Assembly (NCBI GenBank): GCA_051652765.1
Contig: JBOFUV010000153.1
Span: 1 to 35,955 of the forward strand
Source of the DNA: Microcoleaceae cyanobacterium
GTDB lineage: Bacteria; Cyanobacteriota; Cyanobacteriia; Cyanobacteriales; Microcoleaceae
Direction: 5' to 3'
DNA length: 35,955 nt
The notes beneath the pieces are model-generated. The model was not told the origin of the DNA. It did not search any database and worked only from the letters and a program-made list of their open reading frames with translations. The position numbers and the translations under genes were made by a program. The first letter of the stretch is position 1. Each line of letters starts with the position of its first letter. Of the stretch, positions 1-9,364 are shown piece after piece.

Positions 1-171
1 GCTAAGCCTTGGCTACTAGTACAGCTTAGGCTGAAAAAGCTGCAAGAACGGCGAGCTTCACTCTCTGCAACAGAGTATGTTCAGGAGTTGGCTGACATTC
101 AGCAAGATTTAGGAAAGCTTGGAGAGTGGTGGGTTGGCATTGAAGCGCAAGTCTTTGGCGATCGCCCTTAG
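1..171 (+). CDS. 3' end of a small conserved cyanobacterial hypothetical protein (truncated by the window edge)
   Basis: Own translation of frame 1: AKPWLLVQLRLKKLQERRASLSATEYVQELADIQQDLGKLGEWWVGIEAQVFGDRP*, TAG at 169-171; C-terminal LGEWW motif recalled from cyanobacterial hypotheticals. Confidence 0.7.
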   Translation, partial: AKPWLLVQLRLKKLQERRASLSATEYVQELADIQQDLGKLGEWWVGIEAQVFGDRP

Positions 172-329
172 ACTGCAAATAGCTTGCAAAGCCTTTGCAC
201 GTTAAAACGCTGAGAAAAACGTGTGGTTTGTCAAATTTGATTGAGTTTTATAGGTTGAGTGACGTTAAGAAACCCAGCCAATGAAATCAATCGAGACAAA
301 CCACTGGTCTTGTTCTAGGACATCTCGTT

Positions 330-977
330 CTAGGACTTGATTATAGGCTGTCCAACGCTGCGAGGTTCACTGTGAGCAGCCTTTCCATTTCCGTTTTGAT
401 GATCTCCTCCTTGGCGAGGTTGAATCACACCATAACCCCCATGATTAGCCCGCTTATAGATTACATTGATCTCCTTTGTGTCAGCATTGCAGAACATGTA
501 GAAATCGTGATCGATCAATTGCAGTTGCTCTAGTGCTTCATGCACCATCATCGGTGGCATGGCAAAATATTTGGTTCGGACAATTTCTTCAGGAAGTTGA
601 GGCTGGCGATCGCCGATTAGATCTTGATCCTGAATAGAAATTGGGGCTACTACTTCTCCGGTCTTAGGGGGATGCTTGGCATTTCGCTTTTCCTTGTATT
701 TTCGCAATTGACGAGCAATCTTGTCCGCCACCATGTCAATGCTGGCATAGAGACTCTCACTACTCTCTTGAGCACGAATCACGGTTCCATTGGCGTAAAT
801 TGTAACCTCTGCAGTTTGCTGTGAATTTATCCGAGGGTTACGAGCCACCGACAAATGCACATCAACTTCAGTCATGAGTTGCTGAAAATGACTAACTGCC
901 TTGGAAATCTTCTGCTGAACATAGTCGTGAATCGAATCAGTCACCTCTAAGTTCTTACCCTGGATCACAAGCTTCAT
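330..977 (-). CDS. hpf: Ribosome hibernation promoting factor, long HPF (LrtA/RaiA family)
   Basis: [13 protein letters not shown]...[22 protein letters not shown] plus C-terminal [10 protein letters not shown]...IDHDFYMF domain; start moved to ATG 977, which has a GGAGG RBS. Confidence 0.95.
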   Translation of the reverse strand: MKLVIQGKNLEVTDSIHDYVQQKISKAVSHFQQLMTEVDVHLSVARNPRINSQQTAEVTIYANGTVIRAQESSESLYASIDMVADKIARQLRKYKEKRNAKHPPKTGEVVAPISIQDQDLIGDRQPQLPEEIVRTKYFAMPPMMVHEALEQLQLIDHDFYMFCNADTKEINVIYKRANHGGYGVIQPRQGGDHQNGNGKAAHSEPRSVGQPIIKS

Positions 978-1191
978 ACAGCTTCCTCCCGTTCTTAACA
1001 TGGGCATAATTGTACCTTAACATTTTGGGTTCTCAGATGGTCATCCATTCAGAATCTGTTGCATCCCTTGACAATTCTTGACCTTTCAAAGCAAGGCTTT
1101 TTCGTTCTGTAGGATTAATTTTGGAGACAAGATTCCCTAGAATTCAAAGTATAAAATTAATAAAGATTTAATATTTTAGTCGCACAAAAAT

Positions 1192-1914
1192 GTGTCACCT
1201 CTAAACGTTGCCCCAGACTGCTACTTTTATTCACTCGGGTTAGTTCCCTATACCCTGGCTTGGGCATGGCAGCGATCGCTACTGCAAGAGCGTTGTCACA
1301 ATCCCGAATTGCCGGATGTGTTGATGCTATTAGAGCATCCTCCGGTATACACCCTAGGACAAGGGGCTGATCCTGGATTTCTCAAGTTCGATCCGCAGCA
1401 GGAGAACGCAGAGTTACATCGGATTGAACGGGGAGGGGAAGTCACCTATCACTGTCCGGGCCAGTTGGTTGGCTATCCGATTTTAAATTTGCGACGGCAT
1501 CGTCAGGACTTGCACTGGTATCTGCGTCAGCTTGAGGAAGTGATTCTACAAGTCCTTGCCAACTTGGGATTGAAGGGCGATCGCATTCCAGGTTTAACCG
1601 GTGTTTGGATTGAAGAGGTTAAGGTGGCGGCAATTGGCATTAAGGTGAGTCGTTGGATTACCATGCATGGGTTCGCCCTTAACGTTTGTCCTGACTTGCA
1701 AGGATTTGAAAAAATTATTCCCTGTGGCATTCCTGATAAACCGATCGGAAGTCTAGCCCAATTCATCCCCAATTTGACGGTTGAGCAAGTTCAGCCTATG
1801 GTGATTTGTGCATTTACAGCGGTTTTTGGAGTGAAATTGATTGTTGTTGACAAACGGTTATTTCCCTTAATTCTTGATGAGTTAGATCTAGGCAAGTCAG
1901 ACCAAACTACCTGA
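1192..1914 (+). CDS. lipB: Lipoyl(octanoyl) transferase LipB
   Basis: [33 protein letters not shown] and PCG motifs. Confidence 0.95.
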   Translation: MSPLNVAPDCYFYSLGLVPYTLAWAWQRSLLQERCHNPELPDVLMLLEHPPVYTLGQGADPGFLKFDPQQENAELHRIERGGEVTYHCPGQLVGYPILNLRRHRQDLHWYLRQLEEVILQVLANLGLKGDRIPGLTGVWIEEVKVAAIGIKVSRWITMHGFALNVCPDLQGFEKIIPCGIPDKPIGSLAQFIPNLTVEQVQPMVICAFTAVFGVKLIVVDKRLFPLILDELDLGKSDQTT

Positions 1915-1976
1915 TGAGAAATACATCTCGATCAAAGTAACAATAAAAGTAATAACATCTAGGGCGATCGCAGTTC

Positions 1977-2015
1977 AGTCAAGTTTCCGAGTCAAGTTTC
2001 CAAGTCAAGTTTCCG
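1977..2015. repeat. 13-bp tandem repeat (AGTCAAGTTTCCR) x3
   Basis: Units at 1977, 1990 and 2003. Confidence 0.9.
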
Positions 2016-2073
2016 GTTGAGTTTAGGATATCCTTGAAGAAATAATTGGCAGGTTCAAACAAGCCCAGTAGCA

Positions 2074-2595
2074 ATGACCCAATGGAAACCCAGCCAAGCT
2101 CACCACGTGAATAATACTAATGAACTCTTGGATCGTTACGCTGCAGGAAAGCGGGGATTTATCGAGGTTGATTTGCAGGGAGCAGATCTTCACGATGCCA
2201 ACTTGGAAAGTATTTTGTTGTGGCAAGCCAATTTGCAAGACACTAACCTCAGAGGTGCCAATCTCAAAAATGCGCGTCTCTTTGCCAACTTAAGTCATGC
2301 CGATTTGAGCGGTGCAGACTTAACGAGTGCTCGACTAACCTATGCCAATTTGCAGGGCGCAAACTTGACAGACACAAAATTCTTTAAAGCCTCTCTCAAG
2401 GGAGCCAATTTTCAAGATGCGGATCTAACGAATGCAAAGTTCATCTATGCTGATTTAGCAGATGCCGATTTTAGAGGAGCCAACCTACACAGCACAATGT
2501 TTTACAAAGCAAATCTGCATCACGCCAATTTTCAAGGAATTGATTTAAGTCAAACTTTGATCCTAGAAACAGATTTATTAGAATCCATTCTGTAG
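2074..2595 (+). CDS. Pentapeptide repeat protein
   Basis: A(D/N)Lxx repeats throughout, after an ELLDRYAAGKRGF N-terminal cap. Confidence 0.92.
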   Translation: MTQWKPSQAHHVNNTNELLDRYAAGKRGFIEVDLQGADLHDANLESILLWQANLQDTNLRGANLKNARLFANLSHADLSGADLTSARLTYANLQGANLTDTKFFKASLKGANFQDADLTNAKFIYADLADADFRGANLHSTMFYKANLHHANFQGIDLSQTLILETDLLESIL

Positions 2596-2777
2596 TCAGC
2601 ATTTGTAGTGAATAGACCCTAGCTCAAACGTTTAACAGATCGGCTTATCAACCTTAGTATTTCTACTGACATTCCCCGTATCTTTTCCCCAGGAAAAATC
2701 CGTGAAATTCTCATTCTCAAGCTTTGGAACGGTCTGTTAACTTAGATACAGATGTATGCAGAAACACCCCAAATTAC

Positions 2778-2808
2778 CCCCCGTCTATTGGCGGGGGTTT
2801 ATTATTTT
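2778..2808 (+). terminator. Intrinsic terminator-like hairpin
   Basis: CCCCCGTC-TATT-GGCGGGGG (one G-U pair) followed by TTTATTATTTT. Confidence 0.7.
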
Positions 2809-2959
2809 GATCAGGCTCAGAGGATGTGATGCCACAAGTTGAATGAAGTCCTTCAAGACTCACCCGCCACACTCACTGTTCAACTCCCTCAGCAAAAGGA
2901 AAACATCCTTTAAAATTAAGACACTGCTAGATCAACAGAATCAAACGGAGGCTAACACA

Positions 2960-3388
2960 ATGCGACTGCTACACACGATGCTAAGGGTTGGGGATTTAGA
3001 CGCTTCTAAAAGGTTCTACTGTGATATTCTCGGAATGTCCCTTCTCCGTCAGAAAGACTACCCAGGAGGAGAATTTACTCTCGCTTTTGTGGGCTACGGT
3101 GACGAATCTCAAGATGCCGTGATTGAGCTAACTTACAATTGGGGAACAGACAAGTATGATCTAGGGAATGGCTATGGTCATATTGCCCTCGGTGTAGATG
3201 ATATTTACGCGACCTGTGAACAAATTAGAACGGCAGGTGGTAAAGTAACCCGTGAACCCGGCCCAATGAAACATGGGTCTACTGTAATTGCTTTTGTAGA
3301 AGATCCCGATGGATACAAGATAGAGTTGATTCAGCTTGGAGCCCAAGGGAGCCGCCAGCAAACAGAAGTAGCTACTGTAGCCAGCTAG
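2960..3388 (+). CDS. gloA: Lactoylglutathione lyase (glyoxalase I)
   Basis: [42 protein letters not shown] before ATG 2960 (ORF-track start 2843 is over-extended). Confidence 0.95.
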   Translation: MRLLHTMLRVGDLDASKRFYCDILGMSLLRQKDYPGGEFTLAFVGYGDESQDAVIELTYNWGTDKYDLGNGYGHIALGVDDIYATCEQIRTAGGKVTREPGPMKHGSTVIAFVEDPDGYKIELIQLGAQGSRQQTEVATVAS

Positions 3389-3454
3389 TTTCTGAATTCT
3401 CCAATCTTAAACCCCCAACCCCAAGTCCCTAAATCCCTCATTCCTAACGAACTG

Positions 3455-6223
3455 ATGCAACCGAGTGACGAGAGTAAATTTACAGATAAAGCCTGGGAAG
3501 CCATCGTAAAATCCCAGGACATTGCCCATCGTTTCCAGAACCAGAACCTAGAAGTTGAACATCTGATCATTGCTCTCCTGGAGCAAGGCGGACTAGTCAA
3601 TACCCTTTTAGACAAGACTGGGGTTGATCCAGACGGATTGATGCAGCAACTTGAGGCGTTTACTCGTCGCCAACCCAAAGTCGGTAAAGTTGAGGCGCTT
3701 TATCTGGGACAGGGGTTAGACACTTTGTTGGACACAGCAGAATCAATTCGGGTAGCCTGGGAGGACAGCTACATTTCTGTCGAACATTTCCTCATTGCCT
3801 TTGCAGATGACGCTCGGATTGGGCGGCGGGCGTTGACGGGAGGAGAAACGCGATCGGGACGACCGGGCTTTGAGCGATCGGCTCAAGCTCCTGCTATCCG
3901 CCAAAAGCTAGAAGAGGCGGCCAAAACGGTTCGAGGCAGTGCCAAGGTTGAAACTCAAAGCCCTGAAGCGGGGTATGATGCCCTCAAAAAATATGGCCGG
4001 GACTTGACGGAACAAGCTAAAGCAGGCAAGCTTGACCCTGTGATTGGTCGAGATGAAGAAATCCGGCGGGTCGTGAGTTGTCTCTCCCGGCGCACCAAAA
4101 ATAACCCAGTCTTGATTGGGGAACCGGGGGTGGGAAAAACTGCGATCGCCGAGGGTTTAGCCCAGCGTATTGTCAATGGAGATGTGCCAGAGTCCTTGAA
4201 GAACCGCCAGTTGATCACCCTCGATATGGGCAGTTTAATTGCGGGAGCCAAGCTGCGCGGCGAGTTTGAGGAACGGCTCCGCTCTGTATTGCGAGAAGTA
4301 ACCCATTCAGATGGGCAGATTGTTTTGTTCATCGATGAACTGCATACGGTTGTGGGGGCGGGTTCTGGTGGTTCCAGCGGGTCAGGACTGGATGCCAGTA
4401 ACCTGTTAAAGCCAATGTTGGCCCGAGGGGAACTGCGATGTATTGGCGCAACGACCTCTGACGAGTATCGCAAGTTCATTGAAAAAGACGCTGCCTTGGA
4501 ACGACGCTTCCAGCCGATTTACGTTGATCAGCCCAGCCCTGAAGACACGATTTCAATTCTGCGGGGGTTGAAGGATCGCTACGAACGGCATCACGGGGTG
4601 AAAATCACCGATGTTGCTCTTGTTGCGGCGGCGATGTTATCCAGTCGCTACATCAGCGATCGCTTTTTGCCAGACAAAGCCATTGACCTGGTGGACGAAG
4701 CGGCGGCCCAGTTGAAGATGGAGATCACCTCCAAACCTGTGGAGCTAGAACAAATTGATCGGCGGTTGATGCAGCTTGAAATGGAAAAGCTGTCCATTGA
4801 AGGAGAGGCAGGAGCCCCCAATGGAGGAACGACCCCCAAGGACAGTGGAGCGGATTCCCAGCTCAATCGGATTAAACAGGAGATTGAGATCTTGAAGCAA
4901 AAGCAGCAAGACCTTTCTTCCCGTTGGCAAGGGGAGAAGCAACTGTTGAATAATATTAACGCTCTGCGGGAAGAACAGGAAAGCTTGCGAGTCCAAATTG
5001 AACAAGCCGAGCGAGATTATGATTTAGAAAAGGCCGCTCAGCTCAAGTACGGGCGACTAGAAACTGTCCATCGGGATCTGGAGGCCAAAGAAGCTGAACT
5101 GCAAAAATCCCAGGCCCAAGGTTCAACTTTGCTACAAGAGCAAGTAACTGAAGCAGACATTGCGGCGATTGTAGCAAAATGGACTGGAATTCCGGTGAAT
5201 CGGTTATTGGAGTCAGAACGGCAGAAATTGATGCAATTGGAAAGCCATCTGCATCAACGAGTCATCGGCCAACAGGAGGCTGTTGGTGCTGTCTCTGCCG
5301 CGATTCGACGAGCGCGAGCAGGCATGAAAGACCCTGAACGTCCGATTGGCTCCTTCCTATTCATGGGGCCAACTGGAGTTGGAAAAACTGAGTTGGCAAG
5401 AGCCTTAGCAGATTTTCTCTTTGATAGTGAGGATGCCCTCGTTCGGATCGATATGTCGGAATACATGGAAAAACACGCGGTTTCCCGACTCGTTGGTGCG
5501 CCTCCAGGGTACATTGGCTATGATGAAGGCGGCCAGTTGTCTGAAGCGGTGCGTCGCCATCCTTACTCGGTAATTTTGTTTGACGAGGTGGAAAAAGCCC
5601 ATCCTGATGTGTTTAATATTCTGCTGCAAGTGCTAGATGATGGCCGTATCGTGGATTCTCAGGGGCGCAAAATCGATTTCCGCAACACGGTGATTGTGAT
5701 GACGAGCAATATTGGGGGCGAATACATTCTGGATATTGCCGGGGATGACTCGCGCTATGAAGAGATGTATCAGCGGGTGATGGGAACCTTGCGATCGCAC
5801 TTCCGCCCAGAGTTTCTCAACCGATTAGACGAGATGATTTTATTCCATGCATTGAGTAAGACAGAATTGCGGCAAATTGTCAGCATTCAAATGAAGCGCC
5901 TGAAGCGGTTATTGACCGATCAAAAAATTGGCTTAGAATTGTCTCCAGAGGCCATGAATTATATTGCGGAAGTCGGCCATGATCCGGTCTATGGCGCAAG
6001 ACCTTTGAAGCGAGCAATTCAGCGAGAGTTAGAGAATCCGATTGCCAATTTGTTACTAGAACAAAAGTTCGTGGCTGGGGATACAATTTATGTTGAACGT
6101 AGCGAAAATAGTTTGCAGTTTAATTCGGCAGCAGTTCCAAATGAGGGGACACAACCTGCTAAAAGTCAGATTTCCAAGGGGACGGCAGCTACAAAAGTTG
6201 TCTCTAAATCCAAGGAAGAGTAA
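3455..6223 (+). CDS. clpB: ATP-dependent chaperone ClpB
   Basis: Clp N domain, two AAA+ modules ([16 protein letters not shown]), long coiled-coil middle domain, YGARPLKR. Confidence 0.97.
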   Translation: MQPSDESKFTDKAWEAIVKSQDIAHRFQNQNLEVEHLIIALLEQGGLVNTLLDKTGVDPDGLMQQLEAFTRRQPKVGKVEALYLGQGLDTLLDTAESIRVAWEDSYISVEHFLIAFADDARIGRRALTGGETRSGRPGFERSAQAPAIRQKLEEAAKTVRGSAKVETQSPEAGYDALKKYGRDLTEQAKAGKLDPVIGRDEEIRRVVSCLSRRTKNNPVLIGEPGVGKTAIAEGLAQRIVNGDVPESLKNRQLITLDMGSLIAGAKLRGEFEERLRSVLREVTHSDGQIVLFIDELHTVVGAGSGGSSGSGLDASNLLKPMLARGELRCIGATTSDEYRKFIEKDAALERRFQPIYVDQPSPEDTISILRGLKDRYERHHGVKITDVALVAAAMLSSRYISDRFLPDKAIDLVDEAAAQLKMEITSKPVELEQIDRRLMQLEMEKLSIEGEAGAPNGGTTPKDSGADSQLNRIKQEIEILKQKQQDLSSRWQGEKQLLNNINALREEQESLRVQIEQAERDYDLEKAAQLKYGRLETVHRDLEAKEAELQKSQAQGSTLLQEQVTEADIAAIVAKWTGIPVNRLLESERQKLMQLESHLHQRVIGQQEAVGAVSAAIRRARAGMKDPERPIGSFLFMGPTGVGKTELARALADFLFDSEDALVRIDMSEYMEKHAVSRLVGAPPGYIGYDEGGQLSEAVRRHPYSVILFDEVEKAHPDVFNILLQVLDDGRIVDSQGRKIDFRNTVIVMTSNIGGEYILDIAGDDSRYEEMYQRVMGTLRSHFRPEFLNRLDEMILFHALSKTELRQIVSIQMKRLKRLLTDQKIGLELSPEAMNYIAEVGHDPVYGARPLKRAIQRELENPIANLLLEQKFVAGDTIYVERSENSLQFNSAAVPNEGTQPAKSQISKGTAATKVVSKSKEE

Positions 6224-6235
6224 CGGGCTCAATCT

Positions 6236-6664
6236 TTACTGAAATAAGCCGCCAAAAAAACCTTTATTCTGCTGAGTTTGGTCTTTTACAACCTCTGTTA
6301 ATTCTTGATTCACCTCGTTTTGAGCATCAGATTCTACGAGATGCTTCTGCACTCGTCGTTTGTTTAGAATCTCGTGTAGCATCATTTGATCCTGAATATC
6401 CTCCGGCAATGTATCTCGATTGCCTCGTTTGCTGCCATGATGTTCGTAGAGTTCTCGTGTGTGGAGCTCGAAGGCTTCTTCATACATTCCGTCTGTTGCA
6501 TCTCGAACACCTTCAGCGTTAGCTCCCTTCTCAAAGAGAGCTCGAGTAAAGCCTGTACGACTATCAACTCGTTCTAGGCGACCTTGATTTTGCTTAGACT
6601 GCGGCAGGGAGAGATCGAGATTCAGTTCTAGCTGATCCGAGTCGTCCAGTTGCTTCTTGGACAT
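6236..6664 (-). CDS. Hypothetical protein (142 aa), resembles the C-terminal domain of Bro-N/DinD-type proteins
   Basis: Start MSKKQ at 6664 with a GAGG RBS; RL-x5-R-x3-T...G...TD...TR...GxK..RD...MLxE pattern (resemblance from memory). Confidence 0.7.
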   Translation of the reverse strand: MSKKQLDDSDQLELNLDLSLPQSKQNQGRLERVDSRTGFTRALFEKGANAEGVRDATDGMYEEAFELHTRELYEHHGSKRGNRDTLPEDIQDQMMLHEILNKRRVQKHLVESDAQNEVNQELTEVVKDQTQQNKGFFGGLFQ

Positions 6665-7091
6665 ACTGCAATACCTCACTAACTTGCTTATAACTTGCTC
6701 CGTAACCACACCCGTAGTCCCTAATTTGCTGAAAGCCATCCATCAGCATTTCTAAACCCTCAGGAAAAGTCACAAACTCCTGAACAATCTGAGGAACCAA
6801 GTGATTATATCCTTCTTCTCTAGGGGCCTGAACTAGATAAAATTCGATTAAAAACTGATTGTCATCATTAGCTTCCCAAAGAGTTTTAGCTTCAAAAAAT
6901 GAAAACACCTTCTCCCAAGTCAACTTGTGCCGCAGGTCTCCATAAGCCTTAACTTCTTGCTTGAACACTTTGTCTTGAGACGCAGATAAAGGTAGACAAA
7001 CAGAACCATTCAACCGATGGAGTTGCTGCCATAAGCAATATCCCTTTCCTTTTAAAACACTTAGCTTTCCATAATCTTTGATTTCAACCAT
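6594..7091 (-). CDS. Hypothetical protein (165 aa)
   Basis: Start MVEIK at 7091 with an AGGTG RBS-like element, downstream of a good promoter; overlaps the next gene by 71 bp. Confidence 0.7.
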   Translation of the reverse strand: MVEIKDYGKLSVLKGKGYCLWQQLHRLNGSVCLPLSASQDKVFKQEVKAYGDLRHKLTWEKVFSFFEAKTLWEANDDNQFLIEFYLVQAPREEGYNHLVPQIVQEFVTFPEGLEMLMDGFQQIRDYGCGYGASYKQVSEVLQYVQEATGRLGSARTESRSLPAAV

Positions 7092-7120
7092 AATAGAACA
7101 CCTAGACGAAAAATTCAAGC

Positions 7121-7149
7121 ATTTTAAAGACAACATTAATAAATGTTAA
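7121..7149 (-). promoter_or_regulatory. Sigma70-type promoter with overlapping palindrome
   Basis: Minus strand TTAACA (7149-7144)-N17-TAAAAT (7126-7121); palindrome AACATT-N4-AATGTT at 7132-7147. Confidence 0.55.
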
Positions 7150-7369
7150 TTTTATGAAATCCAAGTTCAAAAATCTGGTTCAGAAACCAGGTTCAGAAAT
7201 ATCTTGATTTTCTACTCTTTTAAGGATAGCATTTTAGCAAAAAACATCGAGTTAAGACTCATTGAATTTCACTCAAGCTTAATTGAGTTAAAAAGATTGA
7301 GCCATGGTGACAATGACTTAGTCCTGTCAGCAAATACTTTTACTTGGTTTTCTGAATTTAACATTTAAG

Positions 7370-7405
7370 ATATTTAATTTAAAATATTTAATTTAAAATA
7401 TTTAA
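7370..7405. repeat. 14-bp AT-only tandem repeat (ATATTTAATTTAAA) x2.5
   Basis: Units at 7370 and 7384, partial at 7398. Confidence 0.85.
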
Positions 7406-7435
7406 ACTTTGATATTTAAAGGTTATTCTAGAAGA

Positions 7436-8380
7436 ATGAAAGATTTTACAGTTGCAATTCCAACTTATAACGGCGCAAAAAGACTTCCAGAAGTACTGGA
7501 GAAATTGCGATCACAAACCAACCTTGAATCTCTTTCCTGGGAGGTTATTGTAGTTGATAACAACAGCACTGATAACACTTCTGAAGTGATTCGGCATTAT
7601 CAGGAAAACTGGCCTGAACTGCGGTATTTCGTTGAATCCCAGCAGGGAGCAGCCTTTGCCCGTAAACGAGCAATTATGGAAGCTCAAGCGCCGTTAATTG
7701 GATTTTTAGACGATGACACGTTGCCTGCCCTTGATTGGGTTGCTGCGGCCTACGAATTTAGTCAAGTTCACCCCAAGGCTGGAGCCTATGGCAGCCAAGT
7801 TCACGGGGTTTATGAAGTGGAGCCTCCAGAAGGATTTGAGCGAATTGCTAGTTTTTTTGCGGTTACGGAACGAGGATCGCAACCCCATCGTTATGAACCC
7901 CAGATGAAGATGCTGCCTCCGTCTGCGGGTTTGGTGGTACGAAAACACGCCTGGGAGGAAAATGTGCCCGAGAAACCGTTTCTCAGTGGGCGTTCAGGAC
8001 AATCTATTCTAAATAGTGAAGATTTAGAGGTTGTCATGTATATTCAGAACGCTGGATGGGAAGTTTGGTACAACTCAGATATGCATCTTTATCATCAGAT
8101 TCCCAAGCAACGTTTGGAGCGGGAATACTTACTGTATTTAGTACGAAGTACAGGTTTGGCTCGCCACTATATTCGGATGTTAAGACTGAAACCTTGGCAA
8201 AGGCCAATCTTATTTCCAATTGGGTTTGCAAATGATCTACGTAAAGCCTTAATTTACTATCTAAAGCATCAAAAAGAGTTGGAAACAAATACTGTTTTAG
8301 CTTGTGAAATGGAGTTTCTTCGCAGTAGTATTGTTAGTCCATTTTATCTCTTGAGGAAATCATGGACTTCACAGTTGTAA
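7436..8380 (+). CDS. hpsE: GT2 glycosyltransferase, HpsE-like (hormogonium polysaccharide biosynthesis)
   Basis: DFTVAIPTYNG, VVDNNSTD, FLDDD, HPKAGAYG, GWEVWYN; start set at ATG 7436. Confidence 0.85.
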   Translation: MKDFTVAIPTYNGAKRLPEVLEKLRSQTNLESLSWEVIVVDNNSTDNTSEVIRHYQENWPELRYFVESQQGAAFARKRAIMEAQAPLIGFLDDDTLPALDWVAAAYEFSQVHPKAGAYGSQVHGVYEVEPPEGFERIASFFAVTERGSQPHRYEPQMKMLPPSAGLVVRKHAWEENVPEKPFLSGRSGQSILNSEDLEVVMYIQNAGWEVWYNSDMHLYHQIPKQRLEREYLLYLVRSTGLARHYIRMLRLKPWQRPILFPIGFANDLRKALIYYLKHQKELETNTVLACEMEFLRSSIVSPFYLLRKSWTSQL

Positions 8381-9324
8381 TTCCGACTTATAATGGGGCA
8401 GAGCGATTGCCCGCTGTGTTAGAGCGTTTAAAGTCCCAAACTAATACGGAGTCTATTAATTGGGAGGTTATTGTAGTAGATAATAATAGTCAAGATAACA
8501 CTGTCCAAGTTGTTGCAGAATTTCAAGCTAATTGGCCTCAAAAGTTCCCCCTGAACTATGTTCTAGAAAGTCAACAGGGGGTAGCTTTTGCCCGTCAAAA
8601 AGGCATTCAAGCAGCTCAGGGAGAATGGGTTGGGTTTTTAGATGATGATAATTGGCCAAATTCAACTTGGGTGATAGAAGCTTACAAATTTGGGAAAAAC
8701 CACCCAAAAGCAGGGGCCTACGGTGGACAAATTCATGCTAACTATGAAGTTCCTCCGCCTCCCAACTTTGAAAAAATTGAAGGGTTTTTAGCGATTCGAG
8801 AACGCGGTGATCAACCAAACCGTTACCGACCTGAAGTTTTAAGTTTACCTCCTGGTGCAGCCTTGGTGGTTCAGCGGCAGGCTTGGCTAGAAACAGTGCC
8901 TTCTCAACCTCAGCTCAGTGGGAAATTACCGGATGGAAAAATGGTTCAGGGAGATGATTGGGAACCCTTGATGTATTTGCATAAAGCAGGTTGGGAAATT
9001 TGGTACAATCCAGCCATGGAAACCTATCATCAAATCCCAGCTTGGCGACTAGAACGAGAGTATTTATTATCTCTGATTCATGGCTCTTGTCTATCATTTT
9101 ATCCTTTAAAAATGATGGCTTCTGAACCTTTAAAACGGCCAATCGTTCTAGCTCGAACTGTGTTGGGAAATTTATATAATGCAGCGCAATATTTTGTACA
9201 ACACCGAGACCAGTTAAGCGATGACTTGGTTGCGACTTGTGAACTGCAAATTTATCTCAGTCGAGTTGCAAGCCCTTTTTATGCTCTGAATTCTTTTCTA
9301 AAACGAAGTTGGCAAAGTCGTTAG
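8362..9324 (+). CDS. hpsE: GT2 glycosyltransferase, second HpsE-like paralog
   Basis: MDFTVVIPTYNG, FLDDDN, HPKAGAYGG, GWEIWYNP; collinear with the upstream paralog and overlaps it by 19 bp. Confidence 0.85.
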   Translation: MDFTVVIPTYNGAERLPAVLERLKSQTNTESINWEVIVVDNNSQDNTVQVVAEFQANWPQKFPLNYVLESQQGVAFARQKGIQAAQGEWVGFLDDDNWPNSTWVIEAYKFGKNHPKAGAYGGQIHANYEVPPPPNFEKIEGFLAIRERGDQPNRYRPEVLSLPPGAALVVQRQAWLETVPSQPQLSGKLPDGKMVQGDDWEPLMYLHKAGWEIWYNPAMETYHQIPAWRLEREYLLSLIHGSCLSFYPLKMMASEPLKRPIVLARTVLGNLYNAAQYFVQHRDQLSDDLVATCELQIYLSRVASPFYALNSFLKRSWQSR

Positions 9325-9364
9325 AATAAACTCTATTAAACGTTAAATCATGTTTTGTTAAGCC

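Larger units (their letters stand above)
6226..7303. mobile_element. Putative inserted two-gene cassette bounded by inverted repeats, no transposase
   Basis: GGCTCAATCTTT (6226-6237) and its exact reverse complement AAAGATTGAGCC (7292-7303); no HIP1 site inside; no target duplication seen. Confidence 0.45.

Noticed and set aside
2843..2959. N-terminal extension of gloA (also of hpf, the methyltransferase and the kinase)
   Set aside because: Family-typical N-termini, and for gloA and hpf a GGAGG RBS, point to downstream starts
3385..6086. Antisense and alternative-frame ORFs over clpB (likewise over htpG, cax, GH57, the kinase and others)
   Set aside because: Shadows of well-supported genes, with no motifs or RBS
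7094..7107. Cyanobacterial LexA box upstream of the cassette
   Set aside because: Only the TGTTC half-site is present; the RGTAC half does not match
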